Below the pieces are notes generated by a model. The model did no database searches. It saw nothing but the letters and a program-made list of their open reading frames with translations, and had not been told where the DNA came from. Below, piece after piece: positions 1-9,584 of a stretch of DNA of 64,000 nt. Positions within the stretch are counted from its first letter, which is position 1. Each line of letters begins with the position of its first letter. The position numbers and the translations under genes were made by a program. This DNA comes from an uncultured delta proteobacterium. GTDB taxonomy: Bacteria; Desulfobacterota; Binatia; UBA9968. The stretch spans positions 1,056,001 through 1,120,000 of the forward strand of contig CAVYTU010000015.1 of NCBI GenBank assembly GCA_963771465.1, written 5' to 3'.

Positions 1-828
1 TTGCTGAGTGCGCGAATAAAAGTTCCCCAATACCGAGAGCAACTCGTCGTTGTCTGGGTCAAGCTTGATGGCATTAAGCAGTTCCTTTTCTGCTTTGTCG
101 CGGTTTCCCTGGTTTAAAAATATCGTCGCGAGAGCCGTGCGCGCGACCACTGATTTTGGATCGAGCTGTCGAACTTTTGTGTAGCTAGCTTCAGCAGCGG
201 TATAGTCACCTTTAGCAATCTGAACAGCCCCGACGTTAATATGAAAGACGATATTGTTCGGCGACCCGGCGAGAGCATCCCGCAAGATGGCAAGAGCTCC
301 ATCAAGGTTCCTCTGTGCCAGTGCAATTTCAGAGGCAAGCAGAATCCCTTCGATTGCAGTCGGATCCAAATCGCGAATCTTGAGGAGCTGTTCACCAGCC
401 TGCACCAAGCCCTTGCTCGACGCATACAAGCGCGCCAACTGAAAGCGTGGCTGAATCAAATTCGGATTGAGCTGAACCGCACGCAAAAACTGCTGAAACG
501 CTTCGCGCTGATTACCAGCGTGGAGATGGACGACACCTAACTGATGAAAAGTTTCTGCTGAACGCGGATCGGCGTCCGTCGCATTGCGTAGGGCGATGAT
601 TGCGTCGCTGAGTTTGCCCTGGCTCAAGCTCGCACGCGCTTGATTGACGAAACGCTCGCGTTTGACTTGCGGCGAAACGGCGACTTCTAGAAACCAAGCT
701 GCTACGCCACCTGCGACGACCACGACAGCGAGCAGAACGAGCAACAGCGTCTTTAACGAAGGGCCGCCGGTTAGGTGCTCGCCCTCAAGATTTGCAGTGA
801 CATACCTCTCGGTCTCTTTTTCGCTCAT
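1..828 (-). CDS. TPR-repeat membrane-anchored protein, PrsT-like (PEP-CTERM system); 3' end runs off the window
   Basis: Not in the ORF track; read manually. ATG at 828 (ATGA overlap with the 825..1055 ORF) and an open frame to base 1: MSEKETERY...LLLVLLAVVVVAGGVAAWFL (TM), then TPR-like helices (AIIALRNATDADPRSAETFHQLG, AFQQFLRAVQLNP, AEKELLNAIKLDPDN). The PrsT label is inferred from the nearby PEP-CTERM gene. Confidence 0.8.
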   Translation of the reverse strand, partial: MSEKETERYVTANLEGEHLTGGPSLKTLLLVLLAVVVVAGGVAAWFLEVAVSPQVKRERFVNQARASLSQGKLSDAIIALRNATDADPRSAETFHQLGVVHLHAGNQREAFQQFLRAVQLNPNLIQPRFQLARLYASSKGLVQAGEQLLKIRDLDPTAIEGILLASEIALAQRNLDGALAILRDALAGSPNNIVFHINVGAVQIAKGDYTAAEASYTKVRQLDPKSVVARTALATIFLNQGNRDKAEKELLNAIKLDPDNDELLSVLGNFYSRTQQ

Positions 829-1055
829 GATCGCATGCCCAACATCATCGACTCACTAGCGGCATCATTTTGCACGAAGTCTCCGTCGGTGTTGATTTCT
901 ATCACCCGGATTTGCTCAACGCTAGCATCTAGGTCGAATAGAATCATCAGCTTCATGGGAGCATTGAGCAACAGCCGTACCATCCTTAGATGCGACCGAC
1001 ATCGGCTGACAAATGGAAGGTCGGCAAGACCGCCTCTTAGCGAAGTATTTTCCAC
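825..1055 (-). CDS. small hypothetical protein
   Basis: 76-aa ORF whose TGA overlaps the TPR gene ATG (ATGA); no recognisable motif. Confidence 0.3.
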   Translation of the reverse strand: MENTSLRGGLADLPFVSRCRSHLRMVRLLLNAPMKLMILFDLDASVEQIRVIEINTDGDFVQNDAASESMMLGMRS

Positions 1056-1652
1056 TAAAGTCGCTATGACACTCCTGTATGACAGGAACTTTCTCCGGCA
1101 TTAATTAGCCACAGCAAGTGACCGCTTCGTCTCGATAAGATCGGGAGAGAATTGTTGATTAGCGCAGGACAGGTCGGTGTCGGACTCTCAACACCTCTCG
1201 CGCTGCGCCGGTCATCGATTTCGAATGATTGGCGCAAGTTTGGAGCGAAGTGCGATTGGCTGTGCTCAGCTTCCAGTTGCCATCGGTTTGTTTATGTTTG
1301 AACAGGTCAACTTGTTCACGGACTGCTTCTCGATCGGCGAGTATTCTGACACCGGCTGGCTTTATCGATCGGTGTAGCCAGATATTCGATGTTCAAGGCG
1401 AGTCAAGAGAGACCGGCTTCTGCTTTATATCACGTTCCGGGTGACAGCGATAAAACCGCAACCGGCGTTCGAAATTGTCGATGCTGTCCATCTATTGAAC
1501 ACCTGCGTCATCAACTACTCTGAACTACCGAACGAACTTCTTGTGACTTTTGATCACCCGTTGAGTAATTGAAGGACAACTATCTCCTCTCAATATACAG
1601 CAATACGTAATCCAGGAATCATTCGTTGCCATCTTTGCCATCGCCAATTTTT

Positions 1653-1668
1653 GGGAACGCGCCTTGCA
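1653..1668 (+). promoter_or_regulatory. putative sigma-54 (-24/-12) promoter of the subtilase gene
   Basis: GGGAACGCGCCTTGCA with exact GG-N10-GC spacing (GG 1654-1655, GC 1666-1667); predicted start site lies just before the riboswitch. Confidence 0.6.
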
Positions 1669-1694
1669 CAGAATACCGAGCAAATCAACAAGCC

Positions 1695-1780
1695 TCCTTC
1701 TCGACAAAGGCAAACCAGCCGCGAGGCTGAAACGCAAAGCCACGGGTCAGGTCACTCCTGATAGCCGGGTTACCGAAGGA
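1695..1780 (+). ncRNA. cyclic di-GMP-I (GEMM-I) riboswitch
   Basis: Hallmark segments AAGGCAAACC-agcc-GCGA-ggctg-AAACGCAAAGCC...GATAGCCGGGTTACCGAAGG; P1 from tccttc(tc)g and cgaagga; sits in the 5' UTR about 80 nt before the subtilase ATG. Confidence 0.88.
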
Positions 1781-1861
1781 AGGATCTAAGAATTTGGCCC
1801 GCCAAGATCGCAGATCCACCTGTTAGTTGTAGAGGTTGGCTCAGAACAGCGAGGCGAAAAA

Positions 1862-3352
1862 ATGTTCAGAAAGTGGTTCGGTACTCTTGTCTTGTCTGGC
1901 GCGTTACTAATTCCACCAGGAATCGCGGCTGCTCAGTCCGCACGACCCCATGGTTCCCACGTTGAAGGGGAACTGTTAGTCAGTCCACGGCAACGCGGCG
2001 CCGATTCGGAGCTGGAAGCGATCTATAGTGGTCACGGCGGAAAAAAAATTCGCACGCTCTCGCAGATCAATGTCCACCAGATAAGTGTACCTGCACATGC
2101 CTTGGAAGCGATCGAAACAGCGCTTCGGAGAAATCCCAAAGTTGCTTTTGTCGAGAAAAATCTAATCGGTGAAGCACAGCTATTCCCGAATGATCCTGGC
2201 TTCCCATCACAATGGCATTTATCACAGATATCCGCTCCCCAAGGCTGGGACATTAGCATCGGGTCCACCTCCGTGCCGATTGCAGTCATCGATTCTGGTG
2301 TCGACCCATCGCATCCTGATCTTTTGCAAATTCAGGGTCATAATTTCCTCTATGGTGGCGATCCCGGAGACACCCGCGATGTTTTGGGACACGGCACATC
2401 GGTAGCGGGAGCCGCCGCTGCGTTGGGCAATTCTGGAATCGGCATTGCCGGGGTCGCATGGATCAATCCAATCATGCCATTGGTTACGGTCACCTCTAGC
2501 AACACGGGGACGATTGCCGACACCTCTGCGGCGATCACCTACGCTGCCGATCATGGTGCACGGGTCATCAACATCAGCCTTGGCTGGACCGGATACACAT
2601 CGACGATGGAATCAGCGGTCAACTATGCATGGAATAAGGGACTCGTGATCGTCGCATCAGCTGGAAACTATGGTAATAATAATCCGATTTACCCAGCAGC
2701 ACTCAACAACGTCGTTAGCGTTTCAGCGTCGGACTCCGCCGACAATTTGGCGAGTTGGTCAACCTACGGAGCCACAGTTGATGTTGCAGCGCCGGGGGTA
2801 TCAATCTACACGACAGCAAACGGCGGCGGGTATCGCTCCGCGAGCGGCACTTCCTTCTCCGCACCGATTGTATCAGGGCTTGCAGCACTGATTATTTCGG
2901 TCAATCCCAATTTTACCAATTCCCAAGTTGTGGACTTGATCCGTAATAATGCGGATGACATGGGCGCGGCAGGGTTCGATCAATATTTTGGCCATGGCAG
3001 AGTTAATTCCTATCGCTCATTGCTGGCAGCGCTCAGCACCAACACTGGAACACCGCCACCTCCGCCTCCCCCACCTGGCGATACCACTCCACCAGTTGTG
3101 GAAGCGGTCGCGATGCAATACGACGGCAAGTGGTTAACCGTAAACGTCTCTGCGTCAGACGCTGAATCTGGCGTCGCTAAAGTGGAGCTCTATGCGAATG
3201 GTAAACTGCAGGCCACCGACAGCTCCAAACCTTATAGTTTCAAAATGAACACAAAGCCGTGGGCCAAAGGCACATACCAAATCCAGGCGAAGGCTTACGA
3301 TACTGCCGGCAATTCGAGCAGCTCCGTGTCCACGACACTCACCATCCAGTAG
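1862..3352 (+). CDS. secreted S8 (subtilisin/thermitase-like) serine protease with Pro-rich linker and C-terminal Ig-like (Big_7-type) domain
   Basis: Signal peptide; catalytic motifs IAVIDSG, HGTSVAG, SGTSFSAP; PPPPPPPP linker; DTTPP...AKAYDTAGN Ig-like tail. Confidence 0.93.
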   Translation: MFRKWFGTLVLSGALLIPPGIAAAQSARPHGSHVEGELLVSPRQRGADSELEAIYSGHGGKKIRTLSQINVHQISVPAHALEAIETALRRNPKVAFVEKNLIGEAQLFPNDPGFPSQWHLSQISAPQGWDISIGSTSVPIAVIDSGVDPSHPDLLQIQGHNFLYGGDPGDTRDVLGHGTSVAGAAAALGNSGIGIAGVAWINPIMPLVTVTSSNTGTIADTSAAITYAADHGARVINISLGWTGYTSTMESAVNYAWNKGLVIVASAGNYGNNNPIYPAALNNVVSVSASDSADNLASWSTYGATVDVAAPGVSIYTTANGGGYRSASGTSFSAPIVSGLAALIISVNPNFTNSQVVDLIRNNADDMGAAGFDQYFGHGRVNSYRSLLAALSTNTGTPPPPPPPPGDTTPPVVEAVAMQYDGKWLTVNVSASDAESGVAKVELYANGKLQATDSSKPYSFKMNTKPWAKGTYQIQAKAYDTAGNSSSSVSTTLTIQ

Positions 3353-3360
3353 TCAAAGAC

Positions 3361-3394
3361 ACCCAGCTCACCGACTAACGTCGGTGGGCTGGGT
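3361..3394. terminator. GC-rich hairpin between convergent genes
   Basis: acccagctcaccgac-taac-gtcggtgggctgggt just after the subtilase stop; no clear U-tract. Confidence 0.55.
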
Positions 3395-3428
3395 AGTCCC
3401 GAAAAACACATTCCGCTAGCAGCACCAA

Positions 3429-5234
3429 TTATTTTTTTTCACCACAGGAATGTTCCGTCACGAGGTAGCGCTTAGGAGCACCGGTTTGATTGTTTGGCAA
3501 GATTTCTTCTGCCAGGTTCACGACCCGCACACTCTCCAAAGTCTGGCTCAGATACAACGGACGGCTCCGTGCTCGGCAGACATACGAAACATACTGATCC
3601 CATGACCGACCGTCCCCTAGATTCGATAGCGCAAAGAAATATTTCCACCAACGATAGCTCGGAAATAGTGCTGGTATCGAATCCGGGTGCTCCCAATTAA
3701 CGCTCGCGCCGTTGCGCAAGATGTCGACGACTTCGCCGCTTTTGAGAGTTCCCACGACGACGTACCAGCTATTATGTTTTGGCGCACTGGCGAACATGTT
3801 CCAAATCTGATCGAGTCTTAAAATCGCACCGACTGCTTTGGCTCGTTCAGAAAGTTTGACGGGGCTGTTGGGAAGAGACGCAACATTCCAAATCAGAACA
3901 TACCCCAAGAGAAGAAGAATGAGCAGATTTAGCGTGAACCCGAGTTTAACGCTCCGTTCGCAAGGGCTGGGCGAAGGTATCGCTAGCGAGCAGCCCAGGC
4001 GCCGACGGTGGTTAGCCATGAATTGATAGCTCCACTCGCCCGCGCGCTTAATCGGCTCCCATCGAAGAATAGCCGCGATAGGCCAGAGCAGCGGTGAATG
4101 CGCTACGATCACTACCATTGCTGCGAATCCGTAATGCCGCTTGCCTTGCCCATCCACAACCAGCCAGGAGTTGCGCGAGCGCATGTCCCTTTCGATTGAC
4201 GGGTCGCACTGGGCCGGCTCCACAACAGTTTCCGGTATTAGCAAAAATGTCTTTAGTAGCCGGACTGTCGCTGAAACAAAACAAACATTCCTGATCGTAG
4301 TAGATTCGTAACGCTAGCCTCTCCTTTGTTCTTAATCGGTCTGCTAACTTGTTCCACACCTCTGTTGGCAGCAGACCAAGCATACTCAAGGGTGCAACCC
4401 AGGTAAAAATCCCGATGTTCATAAATATCCCAATGCCCGCGTGCATAAGCACAAAGGCGATGATAGCGACCATCCGCAGGCGGGTCGTCCAGAACGGCGA
4501 AAACAATAACAGGGGGCCAATCAATTCAAACCAATAAATTCCCCGGGTTAGCCAGCTCAACAATACCGGATATGGACGGAGATACTGTGCCCAGGGCGTG
4601 AGGAATTGTTCAAAATGCAAGCGTGTAATAAAGCGCGTTGGCATCCTGCATCCATTCCGCTCCAACCTTATGCAGGACGGAAAACCAATAGACAAAAACA
4701 ATCTGCGCTACATAAGCGAATGTTGCGGCAGAGAATGTCGGTCTAGGAAGCTTCACTGTCGCTCGGGCCTAGCCTAAGCGCACGATCGATGGACCAGCAG
4801 GCGCCCCAGGGCAGAAAAATTGCCCAAAACAGCGTAACCCGGAGCAGGACGTCCCCACCATCGAGGAGCAGAGGATTACGAGCATGCAACGAGGCGAGCA
4901 TAAACCATGACGCTATAGTTACGACGCGTGTCCGGTAGCCAAGCAACAGCGCAACGGCAAATATCCCAGCAATTGTGAATAGCAGTGCTTGAAATTCCCA
5001 CGTCCCGTTAGCCAAGTGGAGAGAGATTCGCCATCGGCTGTATTCCTCAATCAGGGCGGTCCTCGGAAGTACTCCGAAGTCCGTGTAGTGCGCAACCAAG
5101 TCTCGCGACCTCCGGATCAAGTCGATGATAATCAGCATCGCCATCGCCACGCGCAGCGCCGCTAGCGACCGCAGATCAACCCCGAAAAGCTCGGCAAACT
5201 TTTCCCTGAAACGGGCCTGTTGTAAGGATTTCAC
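3429..5234 (-). pseudogene. HTTM-domain membrane protein with DCC1/DUF393-like CxxC segment, broken by three frameshifts
   Basis: Fragments FGVDLRSLAALR...HARNPLLLDGGDVLLR...LPWGACWSID, then AYVAQIVFVYWFSVLHK, then FELIGPLLLFSP...YYDQECLFC, then LRLDQIWNMFA...YRWWKYF. Frame breaks near 4750, 4620 and 4275. Confidence 0.75.
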
Positions 5235-5354
5235 TGTCAGCAGAGTATAATCGATGTCCGCGCTGTTGTCTGTTACTGAGACTCAAAGAGCAAGGATCTA
5301 ACTTCGGTGGGATTGGAGAAATGACATCGCCTGTTGCAATGTCCTAGAAATGAA

Positions 5355-5379
5355 GAGGGCGCCGATTCACGGCGCCCTC
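5355..5379 (-). terminator. intrinsic terminator of the PEP-CTERM gene
   Basis: Perfect 10-bp stem gagggcgccg/cggcgccctc followed on the minus strand by ttcatttct. Confidence 0.65.
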
Positions 5380-5407
5380 ATAGAGGCTAATTATTGACTA
5401 GCTGTAG

Positions 5408-6127
5408 CTATTTCGACAAACGACCAAATCCACGCGTCGCTCTACGGACCAACAAAAGACCAGAACCGAGAAGGATAAACGTAGATGGCTCAGGAACTTC
5501 TTGACTGGGGCCGGGACCGGGGCCAGGACCGGTGCCCACCGAGCCGTAAAGAGTCATATGAGAGAGATTGCTCGGAGTTGTATCACTCGGACTATTACCC
5601 CACATCGACCAGTTGCCACAAATATCGGCTGGCGAAATGCAGGTAGCGTTAAGCGTCTCGTCTAAAATATACCATACCCAGTTCACTTGATCCGGGCCTG
5701 AACCATCTCCAGTTCCGCCGTCCTTCATGACCAAGAACAACTTGTCATAGGTGTTAAGGCTGGCCAGATCTACAGACCATGTTCCAGACGGTGCCCCATT
5801 GGCTACTACGTCGAGGGCGCCAGGCACAGCGCCAGAGATCGCATCGTCGCTCTTATCAATGAGCGTTACCGTTGTACTAAACAAGCTGTTGAGTAAGCTT
5901 ATTTGGCCAGCAGTGGTATTACTACTATCTCCCATCCCACAACCATCCGTGGTTTGGAATCCGTTAGAATTATTGTCCGTCGAGATAGCGCCAGTAATAT
6001 TCGGATCTGGCTGGTTGGCGACGATGACGGTGCACGTTACCGCTTGGCTCAGCGACGGCAAAAACCCAACAGCTAACAGCACAACCGTGAGCGATGTTAG
6101 CGCAATTTTACTAATTCTTAGACTCAT
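5408..6127 (-). CDS. PEP-CTERM sorting-domain surface protein
   Basis: N-terminal signal peptide; low-complexity Ser/Thr/Asp/Gly body; C-terminal VPEPSTFILLGSGLLLVRRATR (PEP, TM helix, basic tail). Confidence 0.92.
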   Translation of the reverse strand: MSLRISKIALTSLTVVLLAVGFLPSLSQAVTCTVIVANQPDPNITGAISTDNNSNGFQTTDGCGMGDSSNTTAGQISLLNSLFSTTVTLIDKSDDAISGAVPGALDVVANGAPSGTWSVDLASLNTYDKLFLVMKDGGTGDGSGPDQVNWVWYILDETLNATCISPADICGNWSMWGNSPSDTTPSNLSHMTLYGSVGTGPGPGPGPSQEVPEPSTFILLGSGLLLVRRATRGFGRLSK

Positions 6128-6178
6128 ATTTTCTTTACTCCTCTACTACAATTTTCGCGTTGCGATGAAGTAGACGAG

Positions 6179-6194
6179 AGCAAAGCGTACGCCA
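6179..6194 (-). promoter_or_regulatory. sigma-54 promoter of the PEP-CTERM gene
   Basis: Minus strand TGGCGTACGCTTTGCT, exact GG-N10-GC spacing, about 50 nt upstream of the ATG. Confidence 0.7.
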
Positions 6195-6247
6195 GACCTG
6201 AGGATTTTATTCCCTTGGCGTCCAGTCAGAATCACACACTGCGGGAT

Positions 6248-6290
6248 TGTAAAAACAACTGACAGAATTCAAATGTCTCAGTTGTTACTT
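6248..6290. promoter_or_regulatory. putative enhancer-binding-protein sites (TGT-N11-ACA)
   Basis: TGTAAAAACAACTGACA at 6248-6264 and a degenerate inverted copy TGTCTCAGTTGTTACTT at 6274-6290, 55-95 bp upstream of the sigma-54 site. Confidence 0.55.
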
Positions 6291-6549
6291 AAATACCGTT
6301 CCCCGGGAGTACTTTAACAAGGTAGTCAGATTTTTGCTTTCGAAGTTGTCACTATTCGCTGGTGGGAACGTTTTTGGACACGCGAACGGATTGGTCTGTA
6401 GTTGAGTTGATGACCGACAGAAAGTTCGGTTTAAACTGCCCGTTTGATCAAAGCCGGGGGAACACAGGGCGTGTCTTACCGCGAAAAAGGGCCTACTCTT
6501 CCTGCGCGCGGACTAGCGAAAAGCTGCGGGTATGTGAGCGAACAAGAAA

Positions 6550-8034
6550 CTATTTCACGAAGAAGCGAAGCGATTGATTGGTGTATTGAACTAATGGCCC
6601 GAAGTAAATGCCGAACACCACCGTCAGCACGGCGAGCGGCAGTAGGAGGGTGAAATCATTGGCGCCGACGGAGATTGTCTTATCTTCCGGATTAGGTGAG
6701 TCCAGGAACATGGTTTTGACGATTTTCGCGTAGTAGTACAGCGACACGACGCTGTTGAGCGCCGCCACGACGGCCAGCGCCGCAAAGGCGCCGCCTTGTT
6801 TCAAGACAGCGGAGAACAAGAAAAATTTGCCTATGAAGCCGGCGAACGGCGGCAAGCCGGTGAGCGAGAAAAGAAAAACTGCAAAGCATACGGCTGGCAC
6901 GATGGCGCCGCGCCAGGCCAAGCCGCGATAGTTATCGATGTCCTCATCGCCGGTGACGTTGGCGATCATACCGACGACGAGAAAGGCGCCGACGTTCATG
7001 ATCAGGTAAACGACGGCATAGAAGAGAACGGCGGCCAAGCCTTCGTTGGTGAGAATCGCCAGGCCCATCATCATGTAGCCGGCGTGAGCGATGCCGGAAT
7101 AGGCGAGCATGCGCTTGACGTTTCTCTGATTGAGCGCGCACAGATTGCCGACGGTCATGGTGATCATGCTCAATATTAGGAGCACATGCGGCCATTCGAC
7201 GCCGGCGAGAGTCGCCCAATCGCCGCCGGGCAACATGCGTGAGACACCGGGATAAAAAAAGCGGATCATGATCGCCATCCCCGCAGCGTTGGAAGCCACG
7301 GACAAAAACGCGGTGAACGGCGTCGGCGCGCCCTGATAGACGTCAGGCGACCACATGTGAAACGGCACGAAGACGATCTTGTAGCCGAATCCGGCCATGA
7401 TGAAGACAAAGGCCATGAACATCGCGGCGGCGTTGTAGCCTTTTTCGCCGAGCGCGGTGTGAATCGCGGCGTAGTCTAAGCTGCCGGTCATGCCGAAGAT
7501 CCAGCTCATGCCGTAAATCATCGTTCCCGAAGCGACGCCGCCATAGATCAGGTATTTCAGCGCGGCTTCCGTGGAGCGCCGATTGCGCGGCAAGAAGCCG
7601 GTGAGCACGTAGGACATGAGACTGACCAATTCCAACGACAGATAGGCCATCAGCAGATTGCTCGCCGAGGCCATGAAAAACATCCCCAAAGCGCAGGTCA
7701 ACAGCAGCGTGTAGAACTCGCCCTGGTGCACCAGCTTGATCTCATTGCTGCCGAGCGCCATCCAGATGCAGAGAATGGTCGCCGCCATGGTAAAAACTTT
7801 GAAGAACAAACTGAAGTTGTCGAGCACCATCATGCGGTGAAACATCCAGCCCGGCGCCGCGCTATACAAGTCGAACGTCGCGATCAGCGCGCCGGCGCAA
7901 CCGACCACGGCGATCAGCGCCAGGCTGCGCTTATTCTGCGCGATCAGATCGAGCACGATCAACAGCAAGATCGTCACCGAGAGAATCGCCTCGGGGAGAA
8001 AAAAAGTCAGGCTGGCGACGTTTTTCAGGTCCAT
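6550..8034 (-). CDS. nuoN: NADH-quinone oxidoreductase subunit N
   Basis: EAALKYLIYG, PFHMWSPDVYQGAPTP, KRMLAYSGIAHAGY; last gene of the nuo operon. Confidence 0.95.
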   Translation of the reverse strand: MDLKNVASLTFFLPEAILSVTILLLIVLDLIAQNKRSLALIAVVGCAGALIATFDLYSAAPGWMFHRMMVLDNFSLFFKVFTMAATILCIWMALGSNEIKLVHQGEFYTLLLTCALGMFFMASASNLLMAYLSLELVSLMSYVLTGFLPRNRRSTEAALKYLIYGGVASGTMIYGMSWIFGMTGSLDYAAIHTALGEKGYNAAAMFMAFVFIMAGFGYKIVFVPFHMWSPDVYQGAPTPFTAFLSVASNAAGMAIMIRFFYPGVSRMLPGGDWATLAGVEWPHVLLILSMITMTVGNLCALNQRNVKRMLAYSGIAHAGYMMMGLAILTNEGLAAVLFYAVVYLIMNVGAFLVVGMIANVTGDEDIDNYRGLAWRGAIVPAVCFAVFLFSLTGLPPFAGFIGKFFLFSAVLKQGGAFAALAVVAALNSVVSLYYYAKIVKTMFLDSPNPEDKTISVGANDFTLLLPLAVLTVVFGIYFGPLVQYTNQSLRFFVK

Positions 8035-8045
8035 GACTTCGTGGC

Positions 8046-9563
8046 TTAACTATGGAGATGTGGAATCACGATCTGATTGAGCTGGTCCAACGACGCGCGC
8101 AACAGATCCAAAACCACCTGCGGATAGATGCCGACCAGGATCACGATCACACCCAGCGGCACTAACGTGAAAATTTCCCGGCCGTTGATCTCCGCCATAT
8201 TTAGGTATTTCTCATTGGGTGGACCGAGATAGACGCGCTGAATGGTCCAGAGTAAATAGCCGGCCGTTAGTATCACGCCGCTGGCGCCGAGGATCGTCAG
8301 CACCGGATATTTCTGCCAAACGCCGAGTAAGACTAAAACCTCCGATATAAAACCGGAGAGTCCCGGCAACCCCATGGACGCGAAGAAAGCCAACGCGGTT
8401 ACCCCTGTATACACCGGCATGATCGCCGCCAAGCCGCCGAAGCCATCGATCTCGCGATGATGCGCGCGGTCGTAAACCACGCCGACGAGAAGAAAGAGCA
8501 TGCCGGTGATCGTGCCGTGGTTGAACATCTGCAACACCGCGCCGTTGAGTCCCTGGGTCGTGAAGCTCGCCATGCCGAGCATGACGTAGCCCATATGGCT
8601 GACGCTGGAGTAAGCGACCAGTTTTTTCAAATCCTTTTGCGCCATGGCGCAAAGCGCGCCGTAAATAATATTCCACGCGCCAAGCGCGCCGAGAAACCAG
8701 TAGGCTAAATCCGCGGTGGCGACCGGCAACATCGGGAAATTGACGCGAAGAATGCCGTAGGTGCCCATCTTCAAGAGCACACCGGCGAGGATGACCGAAA
8801 TCGCCGTCGGTGCTTCGACGTGGGCGTCCGGCAGCCAGGTGTGAAACGGAAAGGCAGGAATTTTAATGGCGAAACCGATGAATAGCGCCATCCAGATCAC
8901 ATGCTGGAAGCCCCAGCCCCAGACGTTGAACGGCCACATCGCCAGCGGCTGTGTGCCGTATCTATTCGCCTGCGCCATCAGCACGGTCATGTCAAAGGTA
9001 TGCGGCTCCACGGTAAAATACAGGGCGAGAATCGCCAGCAGCATCAATACGCTGCCAAACAGCGTGTAGAGAAAAAACTTGATCGCCGCGTATTCGCGCC
9101 GCGGTCCGCCCCAGATGCCGATGAGAAAATACATCGGCAACAGCATGACTTCCCAAAAAATATAAAAAAGGAAAAAATCTAGAGCGCAAAACACGCCCAT
9201 CATGCCGGCGTCGAGCATGAGAAACAGTGCGAAATAACCCTTGACCGCTTTTTCGATGCCGAAGGAGGCGAAAATACAGATGAAACTCAAAAGCGCGGTG
9301 AGCAACACCATGGAAATACTGAGACCGTCGATACCCATGAAGTAACTAATATTGTAAGCGGGAATCCACTGATACTTCTCCATGAATTGAAAGCCAGCTT
9401 TGCTGCGGTCGAAATTGTTGAACAGCCAAATCGCCATCAGGAGCGGCGGCACCGTCACCCCGGCGGAAAACCAACGGATCAGCTTGGCGTTGTTCGGCAG
9501 CGCCAAAACGATCGCCGCTCCCGCCAGCGGGATGAAAGTCATGTAGGTGAGCACGTTTTCCAT
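8046..9563 (-). CDS. nuoM: NADH-quinone oxidoreductase subunit M
   Basis: FWEVMLLPMYFLIGIWG, PFHTWLPDAHVEAP, KKLVAYSSVSHMG. Confidence 0.96.
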   Translation of the reverse strand: MENVLTYMTFIPLAGAAIVLALPNNAKLIRWFSAGVTVPPLLMAIWLFNNFDRSKAGFQFMEKYQWIPAYNISYFMGIDGLSISMVLLTALLSFICIFASFGIEKAVKGYFALFLMLDAGMMGVFCALDFFLFYIFWEVMLLPMYFLIGIWGGPRREYAAIKFFLYTLFGSVLMLLAILALYFTVEPHTFDMTVLMAQANRYGTQPLAMWPFNVWGWGFQHVIWMALFIGFAIKIPAFPFHTWLPDAHVEAPTAISVILAGVLLKMGTYGILRVNFPMLPVATADLAYWFLGALGAWNIIYGALCAMAQKDLKKLVAYSSVSHMGYVMLGMASFTTQGLNGAVLQMFNHGTITGMLFLLVGVVYDRAHHREIDGFGGLAAIMPVYTGVTALAFFASMGLPGLSGFISEVLVLLGVWQKYPVLTILGASGVILTAGYLLWTIQRVYLGPPNEKYLNMAEINGREIFTLVPLGVIVILVGIYPQVVLDLLRASLDQLNQIVIPHLHS

Positions 9564-9584
9564 CTTGTCGATTCTCCCTGCCGA

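Noticed and set aside
1085-1115. Possible sigma-54 site upstream of the TPR gene (TGGCTAATTAATGC, minus strand)
   Set aside because: Spacing is GG-N9-GC rather than the required N10.
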